In this document: positions 9,923 to 20,619 of the stretch, piece by piece
Position numbering within the stretch: position 1 is the stretch's first letter
Layout of the letters: every line of letters begins with the position of its first letter
NCBI RefSeq assembly: GCF_006345805.1
Contig: NW_021833344.1
Location: 1 to 27,406 of the forward strand
Direction of reading: 5' to 3'
Source of the DNA: Octopus sinensis
Taxonomy: Eukaryota
Length of the DNA stretch: 27,406 bases
Translations under genes and position numbers: made by a program
Notes under the pieces: model-generated
Told to the model about the DNA's origin: nothing
Databases searched by the model: none
What the model saw: only the letters and a program-made list of their open reading frames with translations

Positions 9923-10316
9923 TCTTTATATATAAAAGTGAGGTTGTGTGTCTGTCTCCTACGATTTAGATTCCTAACTACTCCCACATTTTGCGGTGCA
10001 GTTTAACCAAAACCGGGTATCTTATAGTCGTGATTCATATCGAGCCCGTCTGGGTATTAGCGCGCGTCTACGATGAGTCTACGATTTAAAAAAAAATTTA
10101 CCATCAATTTTTCCCATTTTTAATCCATTTTGACATATATAAGGGAAGTAACTCTCTAAAATTTATTATTAAATCTCAGAACGTAAAAAGCTACAGTAAC
10201 ACCCCTCCCCCTTTGTGGTTAGCCATATTGAGATGGCTATTATACTTTACATCTCTAAAAATGCTTATATAATTATTTCCCTTACAAACCCGAGCAACGC
10301 CGGGCGATACTGCTAG
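9923..10316 (+). mobile_element. Inner short Helitron-type element forming the 3' end of the composite
   Basis: Has its own A|TCTTTATATATAAAAGTG...TGTGTGTCTGTC 5' end, the same style as 8377 and 17136. Confidence 0.7.
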
Positions 10317-10780
10317 TCAGTGATATAATTACAAGTGGTTTTATATGCCATGAGTCCTTATAAGAGATCAACTCAAAGTAAATAATGCAGTATTCCATGT
10401 TCTGACACAACCTTTATTTTAAGTTGGAGATCAAGATTACTCTGGGATTAATACTGCCTCTATTGCTATTATTTTTTAATCAACCCACTGGCTATATGTA
10501 ACATCAGTGCCTGAAAAGACGCTGAGATTCTATATTTCATTCACAGGAAATTTGGCTTTTATGTCACTGATGGATATCTGTCACTGAGGAAGCCATAGCA
10601 GGGTGAAATCACGTGATCTCACAGTTCCAGCAGCTATGGTAAACGATTCTTGTCTGTCAATGTTATAAGAGTGCCTTTAGATACGATGAGTCCTTAGAGA
10701 TTCTCTCATTGTTTTAACAATGGGAGATGAATATTACCCCTTGGTATAAACACTTTTGTATATATATATATATATATATA

Positions 10781-10915
10781 ACGGGAAGCTTTATGAAAAT
10801 AAACAAAAGACGAAGGCAGGTGGAATACAAACAAACAATTGTATTAGTATGGCGCTCAGGAATATAAATAAAACAAGTCTTTTACATTTCGAGCCTACGC
10901 TCTTCAACAGAAAGA
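10781..10915 (-). mobile_element. Penelope-like pseudo-LTR fragment
   Basis: Carries a minimal hammerhead fold; a partial second copy lies at 18490-18572. Confidence 0.55.
10878..10915 (-). ncRNA. Minimal type-I hammerhead ribozyme-like fold with a CUGUUGA core
   Basis: UCUUU-CUGUUGA-A-GAGC-guag-GCUC-GAAA-UG-UA-AAAGA: stems I and II are perfectly paired. Confidence 0.55.
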
Positions 10916-11076
10916 TACACAGAAAAGAAACATGGAAAGAGACAAGGAGAGAAAAAAAATGCATGCAGAAGCTAGCGAATCAACATATATATATAAATAC
11001 ACATCCATATAAAATTAATAGCTTCTGTTGCTATTAATTGTATATATATGTGTATGTGTATGCATGTGTATATATA

Positions 11077-11665
11077 CAGGATGTGGTGAATAAACTGTCA
11101 TCTAAATTACGCAAACATGAAAATAATACTAACATCTCATTTTAACAGATATATTTACCAAAATTACATAAAAATATCTTAAGAAACTAAAGGGTAAATT
11201 TATTCAATATTGGCTTCAACCTTGGCTTCCAGACGACTTTGGAATCTCCTGCAACTCTTCTGGATGGTCTCCTTCTTTAAGTTGGTGAATGCTGCCATAA
11301 TCTTTGCCTTCAGTTCATCTTTGGTGTTACAAGGAGTTTTGTTGGTCTCTCATAATAATTAAGGGGGTTGCAGTCTGGGAAGGTAAGTTGCCAGATGTTA
11401 GGAGTGAAGTGGTCACAGAAATTGTCTGACAGCCATGACTGGGTTCTACCACTTGTGTGGCATGGTGCAGAGTCCTGTTGCCAGACATAGGGTCTTCCAG
11501 CAGCCACCCTCTTGATTCAGGGCAACTCTACCTCCTCCAGGCATTTAATGTAGGGCTCTGTGTTGAGTTTGAGGCCATGTGGGAAGATGAATGGAGGCAT
11601 AACATCTCCATCACTAGTGATCACTCCAAATACCATGATGCTGACTGGATGTTTGATTTTTTTCG
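11077..11665 (-). mobile_element. DD37D (maT) Tc1/mariner-superfamily transposon, 3' part
   Basis: KHPVSIMVFGVITSDG...YVWQQDSAPCH-...-PDCNPLNYY, with 37 residues between the second D and the (mutated) third. TA|CAGG terminus at 11077. Confidence 0.88.
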
Positions 11666-12037
11666 CTCTCGGTACATGCACAACAAATATCAGCGATCTG
11701 ACTGTCACCTGTGCTCTTGACAAGAGATGCCAGTTAGTCTTTTACACCTACCAAGCTGATTCCTATTAGCCCGGTTTCGCTGGATAATTTTTCTTTCCTT
11801 TAATAATATTGTAGAAAGGAAACTTTTCATAGACTGGAATTTAAATCCTAATCTCAATAGAAATTTATTGTTTCAAGAAAACTTTGAATTTGAATTACTT
11901 TGCATTTTTACGATTATAGATAACAACTCAGGCTGTAACTTCTGCACCTGAGTTAGGTGTGTGTGAACAATGTCAAGAGAATGTCTTCTACAAACAAAAT
12001 TTTTTGATACAGGGCACCTCTAAGACAACCGCCAGAC

Positions 12038-12218
12038 ACCATCATCATCACCATCATCATCATCATCACCATCATCACTATGATGATGATGATCATCATC
12101 ATCATCATCATCATTCTCATCCTCCTCATCCTCGTCCTCCTTGTCCTCGTCATTGTCATCATCCTCATCGTCATCATCCTCATCCTCATCTTCATCATCA
12201 TCCTCATCCTCATCATCC

Positions 12219-12258
<40 letters not shown>

Positions 12259-12263
12259 CATCC

Positions 12264-12295
<32 letters not shown>

Positions 12296-12545
12296 GTTTA
12301 ACATCCGCTTTCCATGTTAGCATGGGTTGGATGATTTGACTGAGGTCAGGCGAACCAGATGGCTGCACCAGGCTCCAATCTGATCTGGCAGAGTTTCTAC
12401 AGCTGGATGCCCTTCCTAACGCCAACAACTCCGAGAGTGTAGTGGGTGCTTTTACGTGCCACTGGCACGAGGGCCAGTCAGGCAGTACTGGCAACGACCA
12501 CACTCAAAAGGTGCTTTTTATGTGCCACCTGCACAGGAGCCAGTC
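12038..12545 (-). mobile_element. RTE 3'-UTR fragment with a ~260-bp (GAT/GAG)n tail
   Basis: 12296-12545 matches the LINE 3' end and includes about 1.5 repeat units; (CAT/CCT)n at 12038-12295. Confidence 0.88.
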
Positions 12546-12837
12546 CATATATATCTCTCTCTCTCTCTCTCTCTATATATAATATATATATATATATAAA
12601 TTCATGGGGGTATATAACCCTGGTGCTTCCTGTATGAAGCACATCCACAGATATTGACTACCAGACAAATTGGAAATTGCATATTGGTTATTCTAGTAGA
12701 CAAATATCTCAAAATCCACAAATAGATTGTTTATAATGGACAAATATTTGGAAAAGAAAAAGAAAAAGAAATCGTTTTACTGCATCAATTGATGTCGTAA
12801 AATGATTTATATACTCCAATTTTCAATATTTGCCATT

Positions 12838-13044
12838 ATATATATATATGTGCATGTGTGTATGTGTGTGTGTGTGTGTGTGTGGTGTGTGTGTGTGCGT
12901 GTGCATGTATATATATATTTATATGCATGTGTGGATATATATATATATATATATATATATGCATATATATATATATATGCATATATATATATATATAATA
13001 TATATATATGTAGATATATATGCGTGTGTGTGCATATATATGTA

Positions 13045-13103
<59 letters not shown>

Positions 13104-13175
13104 CACTATGTATGTAGGTATGCAACTATGTACGTATATGTATGTGCAAGTATGTGTGTATGTATGTATGTATGT
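12838..13175. repeat. Compound (TA)n/(TG)n/(TATG)n microsatellite
   Basis: Direct reading. Confidence 0.92.
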
Positions 13176-13592
13176 ATTAAAAACCTGCTACACTAATGTG
13201 GAGACTGAATGGGTGGGGAAAAAGAGAAAGAAAAAGGAGAGAGAAAGAGTGAGAGAGAACGCACGCGATAGAGAAAGTGAAAGTAGATGCCAAGGGAGAT
13301 AAACGCACGAGGTAGTTTCAATGCTTCAATGGATGAGGTTGGCTGACGATGCAGGAGAACAGAAAATTACATGCAGTGAAAGAGAAAAGGCAGAGAAATA
13401 GAAGAGGGAGAGTAAAGGAAGAGATGAGTGAGAAATAAAAAGGAGTATTAAGCTATCTTCTTCTTTGTTCTTTTCCTGTATCTTTTCTCTATCAATGGAA
13501 GTGATTCTCTACAATTCTGCAATCTTTATCCAACCCCATTCAATATTTCTTAGTCATTATTTCGATCGTTTATCTCCCTTGTTGCTCACTTC

Positions 13593-13594
<2 letters not shown>

Positions 13595-13641
<47 letters not shown>

Positions 13642-15100
13642 ACTCTGACTCTGTCCATCCCTCTCACTTTGTCTCTCTCTCTCTCTCTCTGCCTCTCTCA
13701 TTCTGTGCTTCTGTCTCCCACTGCCTCTGTCTCTCTGTATCTCTGCTTCTGGCGTACAACTCATCACATCCCTCTCTCTTTCGTTCTTTCTTTACTTCTT
13801 TCTTGCTCTCTTTCCTACTCTCTCTTTCTCTCTTGTCTTTCCATCCCTCACTCCCACTCCTTTCTCTCTTTCTCTCTCTCTCTCTTTCTTGTCTTTCCAT
13901 CACTCACTCCCACTCTTTTCTCTCTCTTTCTCTACCTCTGTCCATCCCTCTCGGTCTCTCTCTCTCTCTCTCTCTGCCTCTCATTCTGTGCTTCTGTCTC
14001 CCACTACCTCTGTCTCTCTGTATCTCTGCTTCTGACTTACAACTCATCCCACCCCTCTCTCTTTCGTTCTTTCTTTCCTTCTTTCTTACTCTCTCTTCTC
14101 TTTCCATCGCTCACTCCCACTCCTTTCTCTCTCTCTCTTTCTCACACACATACACACTTTAAACCTCCCCTTCTTTCCAATACTCAGCTGTATTACATAT
14201 CTTTCTATTCCTCTTACATCCCCTCTCTATTTATACATGTATTGCTCTTTCACTTCTCCCCTCTTATTGTTCATTACTCTTCCTCTTACCTTCTCCCCTC
14301 TACCATAAGTATGTATCTATTTTCTCAACGACTATGCCTTTTTAAAAACTGTTCTCTCTCTCTATTTACTGTGTACCTTTCTACCTTTCCCTGCCACTTT
14401 GTTAATCCCTCCGTCTTTCAGTGTGTATCTTTTTCGTCTGCTAACCTCCCTCTCTCCCTCTTTCATGTATGCTAATCTCTCCCTCCCTCTTTCAGTGTGT
14501 ATCTTTTTGTATGTTAACTTCCCTCTCTCCTATCCCTCTCTCTCATTTACATTGTAGGTTCATCACTTCCCCTCATCCTCTCACTCTCTTTTATAATCAC
14601 CTCTCTCCCTACTTCCCCCTCTCTGATTTTCAATTGTTCTCTCTCATTCACTATATTCCCTCTCTACCTTTACCTCTCGCTTTGTTGATCTCTCCCTTTT
14701 CAGTGTATATCTTTCTCTACGTTACTCTCTCTACCTCTCACTCTATACGCCTCTCTTTTCCTGCGCCTCTCTTATTCACATTGTAGAATTTATCACTCTC
14801 CCTCATCCTCTCACTATCTTTTACTACCACATATCTCCCACTCTCTCTGTCTTACTACCACATCCTCCCACTCTGTCTGTCTTCACAATTGTTCTCCCTC
14901 CCTATTCACTTTATACCTCTCTAACTTCACACCTCTCTCTCGATCCCTCGTTCTTTCAGTATGTATCCTTCTATATGTTACCCCTCACGTTCTACTCCTC
15001 TCTTTCCCTTCGCCTCACTCTCATTTACATCATGGCATTCATACTCTTCCTCACCCTCTCTCATTTTTATCTAATTCTCTTCGTCTCTATCTTCCTTAGT
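13595..15100. repeat. Polypyrimidine (CT-rich) low-complexity tract with internal duplications
   Basis: (CT)n; 13685-13800 is duplicated at 13970-14075; TCTTTCAGTGTGTATCTTTT recurs several times. Confidence 0.85.
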
Positions 15101-15328
15101 GCCTTTCATTGCCTTTCCTCACTCACCATTCGTTTACGGCATAACTACACAAATGTGCCCCCTCAACTTTATTTCCTCATAACTTTCAGAAAAATGGATA
15201 ATTTTTCATGAATTTTTTTACAAATACCTTCCAGATGTTCTAGATCACGATTAAATCAGAAAATGAGGTGAACAAAATTTTCTGACCATGTTTCCTCATA
15301 CATTTTAATCATATACATTACAATTATT

Positions 15329-15696
15329 GGATCTTTTCCTTTTGAATGTCAGATGTCAACACAATTTCTAGTTAACTAAACACTTTTAAACTTCGTATAC
15401 TGGTAGAATGTGTTTACAAAACATGTTTTTCTCTTGGCTTTATTGAGAAAATTCTATGGTTTGTAAGATATTTCGTCTGAAAATCCGAGCATTTCGGCAA
15501 TTTTAACCAATCGATTACCTCCATTCAACTAAAATCATTTGCTGCGTCTAAAACTGAGACAACACCCTTCCCCCCACCCCTAACCCTAACCCTAAAATAG
15601 ATTGAAATGCAATAGATCGATACTAGGGTCACAATTATGGGTGACAATTTCATATGACACCGCTAGAAAAAACTGCCGTTCAAACCAAAAAGATCC
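15329..15696. mobile_element. GGATC-terminated MITE (Merlin-like) containing (CCCTAA)3
   Basis: Imperfect TIRs GGATCTTTTCCTTTTGAA / TTCAAACCAAAAAGATCC; homologous in inverted orientation to 17576-17882. Confidence 0.75.
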
Positions 15697-16121
15697 CAAG
15701 ATTTTAGCACAAATGAAATCTGAGGCCCCAGGGATGAAGAACACCGTCATCAAAAAGAAAAGAGGCAAAATCTTTGAAGAAATGGAAAGTCTTCTTTCTC
15801 TTTGGATTGTTAGGCGTTCTACTATTAGTCAAGAAATCAATTTTTGTTTGACGACCCGAAGAAAAAATATCCAGGTGAGAAAGTTGTAGAGTTCAAGGCA
15901 AGTCAAGGATGGTTAAGGTGCGAAGTTATCAATCTATTAAGAAGCAAAGTAAAAGTGCATCAGGTGACGAACAGGCAGCAGCGGAATTTTCTAATGCATT
16001 AAAGAAAATCATCGAAGAAAACAGGTTTCTTCCTGAACAGATTTTTAACGTAGACGAAACTGGATTGTATTGGAAAAGATTGTCAGACCGTTCATTTATT
16101 TCCAAGGAGAAAAAAACAGTA
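15697..16121 (+). mobile_element. Tigger/pogo transposase fragment (frameshifted)
   Basis: EEMESLLSLWI (CENP-B-type HTH), FKASQGWL, SASGDEQAA, FLPEQIFNVDETGLYWKR. Confidence 0.9.
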
Positions 16122-16126
16122 AATTC

Positions 16127-16705
16127 TGATCCTTTCACCCGCACGATTTTCAGTTAAAAAAATAAACTCGGATTTTTTGTGTGGAATCAAGGACCCTGAC
16201 CTCCTAATATGTTGCAAACTCCTTATTTTTGTTTGGAAAAAAAGGTGGGGGGGGGGGTAGCCGGACCACCACCCCTCCTATCCCGGAATCATTGGAATTT
16301 TTTTTTTTCATTGAATGAATTCTGGTGAACTCCTAATATGCTACAAAACTCATTTTTGGGTCCGGAAAACAGGGTGGGGTGGAATCCTCGGAAATTTCAC
16401 CCCCAACCTCATTGATCTTTTCACCTGTACGATTTTCATTAAGAAAGAAAAAAAACTCGTATTCTTTGCATGGCATCAAGTACCCTGACCTCCTAATATA
16501 CAGCAAATCCTTTATTTTTCTTCGGAAAGAAGGGGGGAGTGGGAAAACCGGATTCCCCCCCCCCCCATCCCGGAATCATTGAAATTTTTTTTTTGGTTGA
16601 ATGAATCCTGGTGACTTCCTAATATGCTACAAAACCCTTTTGGGGGTCCGGAAAACGGGATGGGGTGAGGTGGAATACTTGGAAATTTCACTCCCGCCCC
16701 CATTT
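16127..16705 (+). repeat. Two diverged tandem copies of a ~286-bp unit
   Basis: TGATCYTTTCACC...ACCCTGACCTCCTAATAT...ATCCCGGAATCATTG...GGAAATTTCAC begins at 16127 and again at 16412. Confidence 0.85.
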
Positions 16706-16899
16706 TCAAATATTTTTTTGCTATTTCTTTCTTTGCCCATGATTTTGGATTGCATTTTGCAGAAATACGTTTTCAAGAGAGTGTGGATTACCTTAGATTG
16801 AAAATTCAAAGAAGTTTGCAATGAATAAGTGAAGATGCAGAGGTTATAGAAGTTAGTGATAACGAAGTGTGGAGAGGTAGACGATGAATTCATCTTTAA

Positions 16900-17133
16900 T
16901 GTACTATTTAAGAAGAGTGGTCCCGGTGCGCGCACACGCATATTCGCGCATCAGCACTAGCTAGTCGTGACTAGTCGATCCTTACTTTGTGTTTTTGTTT
17001 TATTTACTTTGTGTTTTTGTGTTTTATTTACTTTGCTAGGTAGTCGTTGTAGGATCGACTAGTTACGACTAGCTAGCGTGGATGCGCGAGTATGCGAGTG
17101 CGCGCACCGGGACTACTTTTCTTAAATAGTACC
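16900..17133. mobile_element. Palindromic MITE with ~83-bp TIRs and a 9-bp TSD (Merlin- or Mutator-like)
   Basis: Arms 16901-16982 and 17051-17132. TSD CATCTTTAA (16891-16899) versus CA|TCTTTGA (17134-17135 + 17976-17982). Confidence 0.8.
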
Positions 17134-17135
17134 CA

Positions 17136-17975
17136 TCTCTCCATATATAAACGGCAAAATGTCTGTGTGTGTGTCCTTTATACAAATCCACAATTTTTCA
17201 GTTAGAGGGCTCGCACTTTCTATGGTCATTCAAAACCGTCCAAGGGTGGTCGTGCACATCTTTACATTTCCCCAGTCACATTTGTATATATATATATGTA
17301 TATATATACAAACGGCAAAATGTCTGTGTGTGTATCCTTTATACAAATCCACAATTTTTCAGTTAGAGGGCTCGCACTTTCTATGGTCATTCAAAACCGT
17401 CCAAGGGTGGTCGTGCACATCTTTACATTTCCCCAGTCACCCCGCAAAGTCATTAAAAAATCAATAGAAGTGACTTTTTTGTGAATTTTCTATCCAAAAC
17501 CCAATCAAAATGCCCGAAACTTGATACGCCAATTGAATGCCAGCTAGCTGTATGTGATTGGTCGGAGGTTTGGACGGATCTTTTCCTTTTGAAGGCCAGA
17601 TTAGGATTAGGTTAGGATTGAGGGTTAGGATTAGGGTTAGGGTTAGTTACAGGATGTTGTCTCAGTTTTAGACGCAGCAAATGATTTTAGCTCAAAAGAG
17701 AGCATAGGATTGGTTAAAATTCGAAAAATTAAACTACGTTAAACAAACAGATTACAATTTTCTCAAGAAAGCCAAGAGAAAAATATGTTTCATTTTGACA
17801 CATTCTACCAGTATACGAAATTTTAAAGTGTTTAGTTAACTAGAAATTGTGTTGAAATCTGGCCTTCAAAAGGAAAAGATCCATTTGGACAGTACTCGCG
17901 TGTATGTGCGCACGCACGCAGCTGTATATGCATGCACTAGCACTGTGTCCCAGCAACGCCGGGTCATAGTGCTAG
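17136..17975 (+). mobile_element. Non-autonomous Helitron with a duplicated 5' segment and a nested MITE
   Basis: A|TC start; CCCAGCAACGCCGGG...CTAG|T end; 17149-17279 is repeated at 17310-17440. Confidence 0.82.
17576..17882. mobile_element. MITE (Merlin-like) with perfect 27-bp TIRs, an 8-bp TSD and telomere-like repeats
   Basis: TIR GGATCTTTTCCTTTTGAAGGCCAGATT; TSD GTTTGGAC / ATTTGGAC; TTAGGG-like run at ~17601-17647. Confidence 0.88.
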
Positions 17976-18078
17976 TCTTTGATAAAACACGTTAGAGATT
18001 TTGTGTGTATGAGTGAAATGGAGTAAAATATTAACAAAATATCTTTTTCCTACCTCTTAAAATCACTGGATATTAATA

Positions 18079-18478
18079 TACTCTTTTACTCTTTTATTTG
18101 TTTCAGTCATTTGACTGCGGCCATGCTGGAGCACCGCCTTTAGTCGAGCAAATCGACCCCGGGACTTATTCTTTGTAAGCCCAGTACTTATTCTATCGGA
18201 CTCTTTTGCCGAATCGCTAAGTGACGGAGACGTAAACACACCAGCATCGGTTGTCAAGCAATGCTAGGGGGACAAACACAGACACACAAACACACACATA
18301 TATATACATATATATGACGGGCTTCTTTCAGTTTCCATCTACCAAATCCATTCACAAGGCTTTGGTCGGCCCGAGGCTATAGCAGAAGACACTTGCCCAA
18401 GGTGCCACGCAGTGGGACTGAACCCGGAACCATGTGGTTGGTTAGCAAGCTACTTACCACACAGCCACTCCTGCGTCT
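18079..18478 (-). mobile_element. SINE family A (tRNA head plus CORE-like domain), full length
   Basis: Minus strand CAGGAGTGGCTGTGTGGTAAG (A box), GGGTTCAGTCCC (B box), ACCTTGGGCAAGTG, central microsatellite, TAAAAGAG tail. Confidence 0.93.
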
Positions 18479-18489
18479 ATATATAAAAT

Positions 18490-18572
18490 AAGGGAATGTT
18501 TACGAAAATAAACAAAAGACGAAGGCAGGTGGTGTACAAACAAACAAATGTATTAGTATAGCGCTCAGGAAT
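18490..18572 (-). mobile_element. Partial copy of the Penelope-like fragment at 10781-10862
   Basis: GAAAATAAACAAAAGACGAAGGCAGGTGG...GCGCTCAGGAAT is shared. Confidence 0.6.
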
Positions 18573-18619
18573 CCCCTGCGTATTATACTCAAGGGCGGAC
18601 TATACTCGAGGATTTACGG
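18573..18619. mobile_element. Single terminus of a pogo/Tc2-like DNA transposon
   Basis: TATACTCGAGGATTTACGG|TA (reverse complement TA|CCGTAAATCCTCGAGTATA); no partner end was seen. Confidence 0.5.
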
Positions 18620-18714
18620 TAACTATTTGTTACTGTTAGGGTACGTAACTCTTGGTGAGTGAAGTATAAACGAGTTATTTCCCTTTCATTGTACAACCCA
18701 TCTCTCAAACTTAC

Positions 18715-18885
18715 CTTTTGCTTGTTTCAGTCACTGGACAGCGGCCATGTTGGAGCACTACCTTAAAGAATTTTTTGTCGAATGAATCCATCCCCAGTAC
18801 TTACATTTAAAACTGTGGTGCACGTTCTGCTGGTCCCTTTTACTGAACTGCTAGGTTACGGAACGTGAACAAACCAACGTCATTT
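18715..18885 (-). mobile_element. Old SINE family A 3' half
   Basis: CTTGTTTCAGTCA...GCGGCCATGTTGGAGCAC...CCCAGTACTTA. Confidence 0.7.
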
Positions 18886-19036
18886 GTTAAGGGGTGGGGA
18901 ATGGGAACAGATACAAAGACACACATGCTTATATATAAATATATGTGTATATACATACATATACACACACACACATATATATGTATATATAAATATATAT
19001 ATATATATATTTAAATATATATATATATATTGGGGC

Positions 19037-19405
19037 AAGCGAAAGCGAAATCGAAATCGAATTGAACCAGCCAGGATCCCTGGTCTGGTGGTACGTAAAA
19101 AGCACTATCCGACTCGTGGCCGATGCCAGCACCGCCTCCACTGGCTTCCGTGCCGGTGGCACGTAAAATACACCATCCGACAGTGGCCGTTGCCAGCCTC
19201 GCCTGGTACCTGTGCAGGTGGCATGTAAAAAGCACCCACTACACTCACGGAGTGGTTGGCGTTAGGAAGGGCATCCAGCTGTTGAAACATTGCCAGATAA
19301 GACTGGAGCCTGGTGCAGCCTTCTGGCTTCCCAGATCCCCGGTCAAACCGTCCAACCCATGCTAGCATGGAGAACGGACGTTAAACGATGATGATGATAT
19401 GATGA
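19037..19405 (+). mobile_element. RTE 3'-UTR fragment with about 2.5 repeat units and a (GAT)n tail
   Basis: Colinear with 23585-24466 but with fewer ~60-bp units. Confidence 0.88.
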
Positions 19406-19587
19406 TATATATATATATTATATATATATGTATATGTATATATATGTATATATATATATGTATATATATATATATTATATATATATGTATATATATGTGT
19501 GTTTTTTTTTCTATATGGTATGCTTTATGTCTATCATTGTTTGAATTTCATAATAGTGGTTTTTCTCTCACCATCCATTTCTCTATA

Positions 19588-19985
19588 TACTCTTTCACTT
19601 GTTTCAGTCATTTGACTGCGGCCATGCTGGAGCACCGCCTTTAATCGAGCAACTCAACCCCGGGACTTATTTTTTTTTAAGCCCAGTACTTATTCTATCG
19701 GTCTCTTTTGCCGAACCGCTAAGTGACCGGGACATAAACACACCAGCATCGGTTGTCAAGCAATGCTAGGAGGACAAACACAGACACATAAACACACACA
19801 CGAATATATATATATATATACGACAGGCTTCTTTCAGTTTCCGTCTACCAAATTCACTCACAAGGCTTTGGTTGGCCCGAGGCTAAAGTAGAAGACACTT
19901 GCCCAAGGTGCCACGCAGTGGGACTGAACCCGGAGCCATGTGGTTGGTAAGCAAGCTACTTACCACACAGCCACTCCTGCGCCTA
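19588..19985 (-). mobile_element. SINE family A, full length
   Basis: High similarity to 18079-18478. Confidence 0.93.
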
Positions 19986-20113
19986 TATATCTGTCATTCT
20001 CTCCCTTCTTTTCCTAGTTGGTGTTTGGAAGGGCATCCAGTCATAGAAACCATACCGAAGGAGACCAACAACCCTAGTGCATTTCTCTGCTTCACCAGCT
20101 TTTGTCAAACTGT

Positions 20114-20583
20114 CTAAGTTAAGTTAACTTTTTGGCTCAAAAATCAAAAAGCAAGGCCATGTAGAGGGACATGGAGTTATGTACAGGGTGGTGTTCATGC
20201 AAAGAGTTCCGACCATTTCTGGTCAAGAGAGACTTTGAACCGAGCGGTCGTCGGCATCTTCGCTATCTCGTCTGGCAGCTTATTCCACGGATCCGCAACC
20301 CGGACGGAGAAAGCCCCTCTCCTTCGATTGCGATGAAATCGTCGCAGATAGAGCTTTTCGGCGTGACCCAGCAGCTGACACTCTGGAGCAGGAGTGAAGA
20401 ACAGCTCTTTCGAGAGGTTACACTTTCCGCTTATGATGTTGTGAGTAAGAATGGGATCACCACGGCGTCGTGGTTTTTCTAGAGAATAAAGGTCGAGCGT
20501 CTTCAGCCTTTCTTCATAAGACAAATGCTTGAGACCAAGAACCATGCAGGTAGCCAGCTTCTGGACTCTTTGAGGAGATAATT
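20114..20583 (-). mobile_element. 5'-truncated CR1 LINE 3' end (second family), inside an old RTE tail (20015-20113 + 20585-20600)
   Basis: GLKHLSYEERLKTLDLYSLEK.RRRGD...AFSVRVADPWNKLP; (TTAAC)n-like tail. The flanks give GGAAGGGCATCCAG...TCAAACTGTC and ATGCTAGCATGG. Confidence 0.9.
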
Positions 20584-20619
20584 AATGCTAGCATGGAACA
20601 CACACATAGCATCATTGTG

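Larger units (their letters stand above)
8377..10316 (+). mobile_element. Composite non-autonomous Helitron, 1.94 kb
   Basis: A|TC start; CCCG-AGCAACGC-CGGG hairpin followed by CTAG|T; no TSD. Removing it restores CTCGTCTATCAGTG, matching the paralogue CTTGTCTGTCAATG. Confidence 0.8.
8130..10710 (-). other. Old ~336-bp tandem duplication (8130-8376 + 10317-~10430; ~10430-10710) interrupted by a Helitron; possibly a decayed coding repeat
   Basis: 8190-8376 aligns with 10470-10656 and 10317-10370 aligns with 10657-10702. Minus frame reads ESFTISAGTAKSHDFTLL*VPQW versus ESFTIAAGTVRSRDFTLLWLPQ*. Confidence 0.6.

Noticed and set aside
11953-12339. Poly-His, poly-Asp and poly-Met ORFs
   Set aside because: Translations of a (CAT)n retroposon tail.
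13465-14786. 336-aa Ser/Leu-rich ORF and its neighbours
   Set aside because: CT low-complexity sequence lacks stop codons by composition.
17601-17647. Telomere or chromosome-fusion scar
   Set aside because: Short degenerate run lying inside a TIR- and TSD-bounded MITE.
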